A stretch of 64,000 bases of DNA, taken from assembly GCF_964194155.1 (NCBI RefSeq), contig NC_135890.1:95294001-95358000 (forward strand), in the 5' to 3' direction. Every line of letters begins with the position of its first letter. Position 1 is the stretch's first letter. Positions 42,901 to 54,300 of this stretch are shown here, piece after piece. Below the pieces are notes generated by a model that was given only the letters and a program-made list of their open reading frames with translations, made no database searches and was not told the origin of the DNA. The DNA is from Cetorhinus maximus (Eukaryota). The translations under genes and the position numbers were made by a program.

Positions 42901-44512
42901 TTTCAAATAGCCCTATTGATTCTACTAGATTCAAATCAGAATTAATATAGTACCTGAACTAAAGCTGAGCTTAGTTGCCAATCCTTTCTTTGCAAATTTT
43001 GCATGAATTCTTGGATGATTTTCACTGCGGATGCCAGTTTTTGCAACAACATCAGCACCAAGGAAAAGAGGAGTCAGGATTTCCTAAAAGTGAAGGAATG
43101 GAGGAATTAAAAATATGCGAGATATATTACTAGACATAAAATACATTGACTTTCTTGTTTTGTTTTCTTTTCTGTTACTTTTCCATGCACCATATCTCAT
43201 TCTTACTGAATGAGTTCTCAATGAGACTTAATAATCGAGCAAGGTAAGTTTGTAGCTTTCTGATTATCAGCCAACATGTGTCATTGCAAGTAATACTGTG
43301 TCTACAATTAAGTAAGAATGGAACCAGGTGACTGCAATCACACCCAGTTGGACAACAGTGTAGAGGCATTGTAGGAGGATGGTGTGGTCAGCTGTGTTAA
43401 AGGCTGCAAACAGGCTATCATGAGTATTATCATTTAGATGCTACCGTGTTAAAGGCTGCAAACAGGTTATCATGAGTATGATCATTTAGATGCTGGAGCC
43501 GTGGTTGCTAATCTATTTAAGAACTAAAAAAAGTTTTGAAAATCACAGATCTAGGCTGATACTCCAAGTATACTGTCTGAGATGTCATATTTTGGAAGAG
43601 ACATTAAACCAAGGCCCTGTCTGCCCTATCATGTAGGCATACAATATACTAAGAGCAGGGAAGTCCTCCCTGGTCCACTGGCCAATGTTTATCTTTCAAC
43701 TACAGGTCATATGATCATTATCACATTGCCGTTTGAGGGAGTTTGCTGTGCGTAAATTGGCTTCTGTGTTTGCTATGTTACAATAGTGATGACACTTTAA
43801 TAAAAGGTACTTCATTAGCTGTAAAGCACTGAATTGTGAAAGGTGCTGTATAAATGCAAGACTTCTTTTTTTCCTTTGAACTCTTAATTTTGTTTTGACC
43901 AGTAGTCTTGTGCAGTTCTTAAACAATTTTGTTTAGCCTGGATATTAAGTCTGATGCCAAATAAGATTGACATTTTCTCGTGTCCCTATATACCACACAA
44001 AAGAAAATAAAGAAATGAACATTGACTAGAGAGTATTCATGACTAGATTCACATTTCAATTAAACAAAGCATGCAAGCAACGATTCATATCTGCATAGCT
44101 ATCATGTATTCAGTTGTAATTGATAACCTAAAGGGACGCTGAACCTAATGCTATAGCTGTTCGAAGCCTTCGCTATGCACTAAAGTTTAAACTTTGGTTT
44201 TTAATGTATTCAAATAAATTAATTCATAGTAATTACATACATTAAATTACAGCTATCATCATACCCTCCTCTGTTTATAACGTAAATGGTATTTAAGAAT
44301 TAGGAAGTTACATTTTATCATCCAAAACAGTAAGACTTTGGAACTTTATATAATGAAAACTCTAATTTACTATTTTAAATAATACTAACCTCCACCTGAA
44401 AATCTTGACACACCTTAATTGAATTGGGAGGACTCAAGAATACAAATCTGATTTTCCTGAGACCTACACTCCATTCTGGTAAACGCACGGGAAAACGTTC
44501 AAAATATGCCAT
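39100..44512 (-). CDS. Uncharacterised protein, 426 aa; complement(join(39100-39993,40469-40602,42954-43083,44390-44512))
   Basis: Four GT-AG exons with matching phases (0,1,0) give one open frame [23 protein letters not shown]...[23 protein letters not shown]...[17 protein letters not shown]...[31 protein letters not shown]; strong Kozak ACCATGG; no transposon motifs. Confidence 0.88.
40469..40602 (-). CDS. Uncharacterised gene, coding exon 3
   Basis: ttttgcag|(E)[44 protein letters not shown]|gtacca. Confidence 0.87.
41097..42582 (+). mobile_element. CR1 LINE, 5'-truncated ~1.5 kb
   Basis: [65 protein letters not shown]; tail gattctgtga. Confidence 0.92.
42954..43083 (-). CDS. Uncharacterised gene, coding exon 2
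   Basis: cttttag|[44 protein letters not shown]|gtacta. Confidence 0.85.
43394..43494. repeat. Tandem duplication, 2 x ~52 bp
   Basis: gtgttaaaggctgcaaacagg(c/t)tatcatgagtat(t/g)atcatttagatgct twice. Confidence 0.85.
43550..43870 (+). mobile_element. Deu-domain SINE
   Basis: ggaagagacattaaaccaaggccctgtctgccct core; tail aggtgctgtataaatgcaag. Confidence 0.7.
44390..44512 (-). CDS. Uncharacterised gene, coding exon 1
   Basis: acceptor ttcctccag| at 44535/44534, ACCATGG at 44512, GAG|gttagt donor. Confidence 0.8.
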
Positions 44513-44929
44513 GGTTCACTGTTTGCCACTTCCCCTGGAGGAACAGAATTACTCAGATCTCACAATGAAGCCAGTTCCTATTCAGAAAGTAACTCCAAAA
44601 TAAAAAAAAAAGAGGCAAGTCTTCAAATGCGCAACCGGTTGATCAGCATCTGAAGGAGAAAAGCGAGTGTCTCCGATATCGTGGCTCTTCATCAGCAAGG
44701 TGGCCTAGGTCTACCAGAATCTCCTCCCAGCATTTTCTTCATGTTGACAGCTACACAAAACAATTGGTCTTCATGTCCACAAGAACTTCATGAACACGGC
44801 TCTCCGACTTATTGAGACTCCAGTGCTACATTAATATTATCAGCAATAATAATCAGTCGTTAATAATTCGAGCTGATTGATTTAGGCCAAGCAGCTTCCT
44901 CTATCGCCATGGAAGCAGGTAGGGTCACA

Positions 44930-45340
44930 ATCGCTCGCACTCTGAACTCCGCCCTTTAACCCGGCCGACGTCACTTACCGCTTAGTGACAAGATGGCCGC
45001 CGAGAGGGTGGATTTAGATTTCGGGGATCGCGAATTGTTCGAGGAGTTTGAAGATTCAAAACCTTCTCACCTTCGCTTTAACGACTCGGATGATGCGGGC
45101 GAGGTGGAAACTATGAGGAAGAAGCTGCTGGAATGTGAGGAGAGAGTAGGTTACTTGAAGGTGGAGAATATCCTTCCATTTATAGGAAATGAGCCTCGCA
45201 AAATCAAACGGGGCGCCTCGGGAGCGATTGGCTCGTGTCGGAGAAACCGCGTAAAGGAGACGAGGCAGAACGGCAGTTTAACGGCGTTCGCTCGCTGCCC
45301 GCAAGCGTTCACTCTGGTTCTGTCAGGTCGCGGTTACCCG
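44930..45340. promoter_or_regulatory. CpG-island bidirectional promoter (ZCCHC8 / uncharacterised gene)
   Basis: CpG-rich; GC box CCGCCC ~44949, CRE-like GACGTCA 44967-44973, YY1-type AAGATGGC over the ZCCHC8 ATG. Confidence 0.75.
44993..45167 (+). CDS. ZCCHC8: ZCCHC8 exon 1
   Basis: MAAERVDLDFGDRELF...YLKVE A|ATATCCTT (U12 donor). Confidence 0.93.
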
Positions 45341-48300
45341 GTTTTTTTTTAGAATATGGATTTTTTTGTTTTTGGTTTCGCTTCTTGGTTTGGTTTCACT
45401 GGATAGGCCGGGAACACAGGCCTGCGAGTCATCTCATTGTAGCTTCAGATCAGTTTCCTCAGGAATCCGACCACTGCAACCTCCTGGCCTGGAAAAAAAA
45501 TGGGGGTGGGGGAGATTCTTTTTACCCCTTCCGGAGGAGTGGCTGTGTGGTTTAAAGCTACTTTTTAAAGGTTTAAAGTTTGGAACAAATTTTGGCGGAA
45601 GTACATTTGTGACACTGGATGTGTCCATGCAGAACTGGCTGTAAATTCTGGTACTTTGAAACTTGCAACTTCTTTTTCAGTCTTTGTACAGTTTATTCAT
45701 TTTACCTTTGATTTATCCATTTTTTTAATACGAGGCGTAGCTGGCTAGGCCAGCACTTATTGCCCATCCCTAATTGCCCTTGTTCAGAGGGCATTTAAGA
45801 GTCAACTACATTGCTGTGGGTTTGGAGTCACATGTACGCCAGACCAAGGACGGCAGATTTCCTTCCCTAAATTTTACAACAATCAGCAATGGTTTCATGG
45901 TCATCATTAGACTTAATTCCAGATTTTTTTATTGAATTCAAACTCCACCATCTGCATTACCCTGTGTCTGGATTACTAGTCCAGTGCTAGCGCCTCCCCC
46001 CTAAAGTCAATCCATGAATAATATAAATTCTTTGAATGTTGCAAAATCTTAAATGTCTAGCATTACTGCAAGACTTTGATGAATATTGCAGTAAGGATTA
46101 AGGAATGGTACATTCACATTGCAATGTTAGTGTCAGTGTACAGGATTGATTAAAGGGGTGTAAATTGAGTGTGAAGACCCGAACTAACCAGACGGAGTAA
46201 AACTGGTCCAGACCGTAATTCGGATTCAATGTGCATTTACACAATGATTGTAACTTAAGTGCAAATCAAAACCGCTTCATATTGGTGCTGCAATTATAGT
46301 GTTAATGCGCTTTACGTCTTGATTTGAAACACAATCTGCCTTGTTTATGGACCCGAGTTATATACTATAAGCTCCACAAAGTTCTCTAGTCAAGAAAAAC
46401 AGTTGGACGCAACATAATCATACCAACTACTTGTTAAATTCTAATATTTAGCGGATTGTTCTGCTGACATTTTAAGATGATTAGAAGTTAAGTTGAAGTT
46501 GTAAGCCAGTCTTTTTGCTTTCCACTCGACATTTCCGGTATGCCAAACTGAAGGCGTGTGAGAGACCACGTTCTTGAGCTAGTCTCCCACCAGTTAGTAA
46601 ATTCGGAAATATTATCAGCACATGCAGTTGTATTGTTTATTTTGCTTTGGTGTAAAACCAAAACTGAAGAGGTGTAGTAATATCTAGGAAAATTAAATCT
46701 AGTATTTTGTTTATTTTAATGCCGCAATATTATGTGGATCTTTGTCCATTTCAAAGACTATTATAAATGCATGGTGATAAGGTGCAAACTTTGTGTTTTT
46801 ATATGATGTGTATGATGTTGGCTAGCATTTTATTACTTTAATCTGTGAGGTGTCAGTGTGATCTTTGGTGATTCAAATTTGAAGTTTAGAGAAGAAAAAC
46901 CAACTAAGTATAGTTTCTGGTCATTATTTAGTAAATAGAATATTATTATATGGGTGTAGTGAAAGATGGGTTGAGTAGTGCAGAAATAGCTGTGTATTTT
47001 AATGCGTTAGTTCTGCCCACAGAACTCTTGAAAAATGTTCTTAAGAGTTTGATCTTGAATGCTTTGTGTCAGTATTATAAGGGTCTTTCCCTTAACCATC
47101 AGTTAACATCAAGAACTGAAGAGGAAGTTGAACTTGTTGACCCAGCCAAGGTAACATGAATATTGAGAGCCTAACATTTCACACAAACCTCTAGATAATA
47201 ACTGCATAATGTTTTCTGTAATTATGTAGAAACCAACAGTTGCATTTAGTCAAAAGGATCATGTCATATTTTCTAATGTACACAATGTTATCTCCATACA
47301 TGTAAATGGATTGTGTGGCAATATTTGGCCAGTTGCATATTCTAATTTTTTCTTGGCTTTAAATACCACCATTACTTAAAATCTGTTAATAAATCTTAGC
47401 TTATAGAACTTCAACCAATAGCTTGACATGTTTATGCAATGTAATAAGATTACATGGGCAAAAAGTAATTAGTTTTGTGGTTTGTGTTTGACTTTCAACA
47501 TAAATGTAAATTTGGATTGGATTCCATATCCTTCAAGTTTTGAAAGTTTACATTAAACTTCTAACCTTTATTTGTGCCAGTAAAATAGTTGTGAGTGACT
47601 CCAAAACAGATGGTCCAATGGTTCAGATCTTGTTTATGAACAACAGTATTTCAAAGTAAGTTTCAGTTTTAAGCATCTTTTTTTTTAAGTTTTGCTTCTT
47701 CCTTTGCGGTTTTTCCAGTTTGACACCAGCCATTCTGATTTGTGCACCAATTTAATTTCAGACAGTTTCACCAAGAAATTGAAGATTTCATCACTGGTTT
47801 AGTTGAAAGATATGAAAAAGAAATGCAAAGTGACACTGAAAAAACATCATTTAACGTGAAACCTCAGGTGAATAAAAATGAGAAAATATAGCTTTTTTCA
47901 GAGAATTGTTTTTCAAATCTGTAAATAAAAGTACATACATTTCTTTTCAGCCATCAAGTGTGCTGCTAGAAGAGCACCTGAAAGTGAAAACTTCAAGTAC
48001 AGTAAAGAAAATAAAAGAAGCATTTCATGTAAGTGGGAAGTCCAACTATCAATATTTATTTGAATTATTAAAAACTAGGACAGAACTGAAGTCAAAATCT
48101 CTGAGCCACGCAGACTGAGGTTCAACCCTTGTTCTCAAGCCAAGTCAGCTGATCTCAGCTTGGGCGGTTGCAGGGGCCATGCAGTTGGCAGTTGGGTTAG
48201 GTAAGGACAAATCGACCTAGATTCCTGTCCCTACTTGCTGTCCAGTAAACTGCATTCATATGCAAATGCATATGAATACCAAATGAGGATGGGATTGAAC

Positions 48301-51300
48301 TTTGTACAATGTGTGTTAATCATTTTCATGACTCATTTGAATAATAGTCTCTTGGACAAGGCATCAGATGGATCATGAATTATATTCAAATTATTTAATC
48401 TTCTGAGGGGAAATTCAACAGCATTTCTCTGAACAGCAAAGGTAGTTGAACCAAACTCGAGTATCTAAAGGTCCATCTACATTGGTCAGCCATGGTTATC
48501 TCCATGGTCCTCAAAATTTAGAAATTATTACTTTCCTTATTTGCTCACCTGAGTCTTCAATTAAAACTTTCAGTATTGTTGCTAACTGGGTGCGAGCCAG
48601 TTTTTTTAAATTAAGGAGTTAAGCAATACAATACTAACTGCTATATCAGGAATCTTTCGCTTATGGGATGGAGGGGGAATTTCTTTTGTCTATTGCTGTT
48701 GAAGCTTGTAACTTTCTTATGGTGCTTAGCTCTGTGCCCAGTCTTGCATCTGAATTCTCTCTCAGCATTAAATACCTGGATTCCTGTTGCTGTTTTCCTC
48801 ATTACTAGAATCAGGCTAACTTGATCCATAATTTGCTGGCTTGTATTTCATACTATTTTTCAATATTGGAATAAAATTGTGTCCTCCAATCCTTGCATGC
48901 AGGTCTCATATTTGTGGAACTCCTTTTTAAAAAAAGAAGTTGATCACAACCATACCTAATCCCTCCTGTTTCTTTGAGAAGTCTAGGGTCTGTCCCATCT
49001 GGTTAAAATACCATTAAAAGTTAATTTCTTGAGTTTCTTTTTGCTATAAAAGTCATTGATTTCTACTTGTATTATGGACTTCTGAACTGGTGGCTAGATC
49101 CAAAGTTGCACATAAGCTTATTTTGGTAACATTTTTTTATTTTGGAAGACCAAGTTTGAGTTGGTTGTCTGCATTTACATGGTTAAGTCTGGCTTCTTTA
49201 TCCTTGTGACAGACTGGGCCTGTTTGTCTGCTACCAGGATAAGGGAAGAATACTTAGTAGTTTAAATGCCAGTAGGTAGCTCATGGATGCCAGTCTTTTG
49301 GAATCTAAACTAAAATAGTTTCAATATCAAAGAAGTTTTAGTCTTCATTTGTGAAGCATGATATAAAGAATTCAACATACCTACCATTTCCCAACACCAC
49401 CTTCAACATTTCTGCCATGCTTAATCATTGAATGATTTACCTCGTCTTTTATCACGCACATACTGCAGCGCATGTACAGCCAAAATATTTATTTGGGTTC
49501 CAGTCTATTTAATCCAACATTCTATTGCTCTCATCTCTTCTGAATTCATTTTAATTATTGAAAACTGACATTTGCACAATTAAGAGACTTTACCATTAAT
49601 TATTTTGTTGTATCTTTTCATTTTTGTCTTGGTAGGTCATCCAAAATACATTTGTTTGCAGTTTTAACTGATCTTAATCCCCGTACCTATGTAAAGTTAG
49701 TTTATGTGAGCTGCTAAATTTAATGCAATTGTTTTGAATAGTTTTGATAAAGTGGTGAAATAGATTTCAAACAGATTGGAAAACATCTGTTAAAATTTAT
49801 AAACATTGGGAAATCCACAAACAAAGTTATGTAATACATTGAACTATTTGCATTGGGAAATTAACATCGAAATTTGAGAAATATTTTACTCCCATTACAA
49901 TATGATATAATTACACTGACATTCCCAATGTCAATGTTTTAAACTATTTTTCTGTGCACTATGCACTACCTAACAGTTGAAGGGACCACAGCTCATCTGC
50001 TCCCAGTTTCTGTTAATATTGCTCTGAGATGATCCCCTTGGATGATTTCTGCTATCTCTATGGGGAAAACACCCAGTCTTTGCTGTGCCACTATTTTTCT
50101 ATACATGGTCTGGCTGGGATCGTGGATGGGGGAAGTTTATACCCTCCTATCCCATGACTTTCTGCATTGGTACGTCAATGCACTATACACTGGATCTTCT
50201 TCAGCACTTGTATTTAATGAAATAAATGATTGTGTTGCATCTGCCTCAGTTTCTTTTAGATTGGTTTCCAATTTTGATCATAAAGTTAGCCAATCCATGT
50301 CTATCTTAATGGTCCTCCAGCAAACAAATTTTTGCAGGTAGTACAGTATGGTATTGCATACTGAGCCACCTTCTTTTACTAGCATATTAATTCTTGGGTG
50401 CACTGTATTAAACTTCACAGATTATTTTATTCAGTATGCTGTTTCCAACCTTGTTTCTTAATTGCACCCATATTGACAGAGAAAATTAAATCCATAAGTA
50501 TTAATTTCCTTTATACTTTGATATTGGTATTAATACTTATTGCTGTGTAATCTGTACAGTGTAATTCCTACAATGTAGAAATTGTCTGAAATTGAGCCAG
50601 AGAATTTATAATAATATTTCACTAGTTTTAGTGCAATCCACAATTTTTCATAGTCCAAAACAAATCAAATTTTCTATGTTCATTAAACATTACGGTAAAA
50701 TCTGGTGTCTCTATTTGCACTTTCATTATTTTTTGCCCTCCATAATAGGGTAATTAAGTTTTTAAATATAGCAATCATAAAAGGATAGCAAATTTGTACA
50801 CCAGGTTTTAAATAATCAGATTTGGTATCTGCCACAGAACATTTCCTGTATGCTACTTTAGAATAGTTGTTTAACGATGATTGTTAGATTACTTGCTTTT
50901 TTCCAATGATTTGAACAGGTCCCTTTTGATTACTACACTCTGCACGTGTGTGTATGTATAGTGTGTATATAAAAAGTGTCAATGTACAGTAAATTCTTTA
51001 AACTTTAATGTGACAATTACTCCAGTAGCAAAACAAGCGATCATTAGTCTTTTGCCAATTAGTACATATTAGGAAAGTTTTGTAACTTTTTTTTCATGCA
51101 GGTTGTGGGAAGCGTTCAGTACTTCACCAACTTTTGCCTTGACAAACTCGGACAGCCATTGCTAAATGAGAATCCACAGCTGACAGATGGATGGGAAATA
51201 CCCAAGTATCCTGCACACTGAATGGAAAGTTTCTACTTCAGTTGACTTGTTTATTGTCTATTACAACATATTACAACAATATAGGCCAGAATTCTCCTTG

Positions 51301-54300
51301 GAAAGCTGAAGCCCCACCGCCAGAGCTGAAATTGGGAAGCAACCCCTCTTCGGCTGGCAACAGGGCCCAGGGAGGCATATTCCCAGCAACAATCAACTGG
51401 GGGCCTGCCATCCCAATTAAGTATGAAGGCTCGCCAACAGTTCAGTAGAATTCCTCGTGGTGGTCAGTGACAAGGCTGCAGCTGCAAGGAGAGGGTACCT
51501 CAAATTGCTGGGCACCCTCAGAGGGGTAACTGGGGTTTGTGGGTGCCAGAGCCAGACAGGCAGGTAAGCCCCAGCAATCAAAGGACAGCTGGTGGTTGTT
51601 AGGCACAGGCTGTGCTGTTGCTGTAGGACAGCCTTTGCTGCCCCAGGGCCCCTCTGTGAACCATGGAGTTTCCAAAAGCAGGCCCCCCCCACCCCCGGCC
51701 TCTAAACCAGAATCCACTGAGAGGCCACCAGGTGTTACTGGGCGGTCTCCCCACAGGGAGTAGGGAAGTGGCCTTTAATTAGCTACAGAAGTGGCTCTGT
51801 TGGTCTTCGGGTGGACAACACGTCTGCCAATATTCCTGCTGTTGGCAAAATGGCTTGGCATAGGGAAGATGGCAGGCACACCCCCTGACACCTTCCGGCA
51901 CCATTTTGCAAACTTTACCACCTCCCAACCCATTGCCAAAGGCCCAATAAAATTCTAGCCATAGTTTTGGAAGTGATTCTGAGCAGAATAGAAAACAATC
52001 TGGATATTTACTATAGAGATGTCAGTGAAATGTTATCATACTGTATTGGGAGTTTAGGAGTAAAATATTTCTCGCATTCAGATGTTAATTTCAAATACAG
52101 ATAATTTAATGCACTAAGTTTCATTTGTGGACTTCCAGATGTTTATAAATTTTAGCAGATGTTTTCCAATCTGTTTGACACCTTGAAATCTGTTTCACTA
52201 TTTCAATGAAACAATGCTCCTGATCTAGAGAGGGAAAAAATTGAGGATTTATGTGCAGTGTGTACAATAGTAACTTTTATCTTTCAAAACATTAAACTTG
52301 TAGCTGGCACAGATTTGTTAGTTTTATTTAAACAAAATTGTGCAAGAGCCGCAGTACCCTAAAGCGAAAATCTAATTAGCAGCTCTTTTGACCATCATGA
52401 CTTACTACACATAACAGGATTACTCTATGTATTAATAATCTTTATCACAGAATATTTTCTTTAATGTGCAGAACTTCATGGTTTGAAATGGCTAGTTCTG
52501 TAACAAGGCTGTTAAAATGTGGTGAAGAAATCAAGAAATGATATTGCTGAATAGAGAGACGTGTTACCAAACTTTTCATCTTGCACTCATCAGGGCAATG
52601 TGCAAGAATGTCAAATTTCAAACAATCACAATATTTTATACTTCAATAGAAAAGGGTGCTGATTGTTTGACAATTTGACATTGGTTGAGGCGTTGCCATG
52701 GAGAAAGCAGAAGGAACTCTTAGTACTTCAAAATCGCTGGTAATTCAAAAAAGGCACAAGGCAAGGCTTGAGCATATTCCTTTTGTTTGCAAGGAGAATG
52801 GGTACCTGCATTTGAATGTATGTTGCTGCTAGCAAGCATAAATGAGTCACGTTATGAGCTCAACTGATTATCTTAAATTGGTTGTTAGTGTGGCTATTGG
52901 CAAACTCAGGATTGTTCAGCAGGTGCACACTCCAGCATTGTTTAGCAAGTGATGCCCAATCGTGGAGTCGCACCTAACAGACGTTTTGTGGTTTGCAAAC
53001 ATGGTTGGTTGAGCGCGGTCTATACTCTACCTGTTATGAACAACCAAAAGATCACGTCGTTTAATTCGATCAGCCAGCCACTGGGATGTACGACCTAGGT
53101 ACCTGGCATTGCAGTTCATACACTAAGTGCTCAATTATATGGTAGGCAGAACGTCAGAACAAAACGTCCACTGTTAGATGTGATTCTGCGATTGGGCAGT
53201 GCCTGCTGAACAATCCTGCTAATAGCTACACTAACAGCCAATTTAAGATAAACCATCGTGCTTGTAATGTGGCTCATTTATGCTAGCTAGAAGCGGCATA
53301 CATTCATACTTGGGGACCCATTCTCTGCAAACAAAGGGAATGAGTTCAAGCCTTGCGACTTTTTTGAATTCCCAGGGAGCTTGGGGAGCCTATGGTTCCC
53401 ATTGCTTTCTCCATGGCAGAACCTCAGCCAATCAGAGTCAAGCTGCCAACCAATCAGCACCCTTTTCTCCTCCAGTATAAATTGTGATTATTTGAAATTT
53501 GGCATTTGAGTTTGTCTTGATGAGTGCAAAATGAAAAGCTTCAGCAACTTGTAATTTTTTTCAGCAATATTAATCTCGGATCATAATATCATTTACTGAT
53601 GATCATGATAATTATCATTAGTCAGATGGATGGAGTAGTTGAAGACAACTCTAATGGTCCAGATACACAGGGCTAATTATTTTTCATGTAAAATGACCAA
53701 ATTAATAGTTTTGCAGTTGTTATAGCCCATCAGTGCAATTCTTTGCAAAACACAAATTGACTTGCTATTCAACTTGAGAAATCTTATAATGAAATGCCAT
53801 ACGTTTATTAAGGCCTGGAAGCTTATTTTAAGATATAGATGTTTGTGGAAATGAGTAATTCCTGAATGCGCTGTAAAGATACCAGCAAGTCTTCGCCCAA
53901 GTTGTATCCTTAGATGGTCAAGAAATGGAATTGAAAGCTAAAAGGTATGTATAGATGCATGGGCTTCAAATCTCTCTCATTGAAGTAGATATTAAAACAT
54001 GTTCCTTTATTGAAACACACATTGTTAACTTAGGAAAAAACACATTTTGTATCAAATAGGCCAAAACCTTGTTGTTTCAACTGTGGTTCAACCGAACATC
54101 AGTTAAAAGATTGTCCAAAGGTAAGATCACATAACTTTGTATTGAGATTTTGTTTTAAATGGACAAGTTGCATGCATCAAGGTCATGCAGAAGTCAACAT
54201 TTTGTTTGCTTATTCTTTAATGGAAATTTATTTTACATCCAAAGACACACACTTCTGTGACTCAGACCAACTTTTTCTCTGTCGAGTAGTTGAACTAAAC

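Noticed and set aside
45168-45352. C-terminal half of the 119-aa ORF at 44993
   Set aside because: Read-through into the AT-AC intron; ZCCHC8 similarity resumes at 47108
47526-47533. ATATCCTT U12-donor-like motif in ZCCHC8 intron 2
   Set aside because: No matching exon or U12 acceptor; single 8-mer plausible by chance
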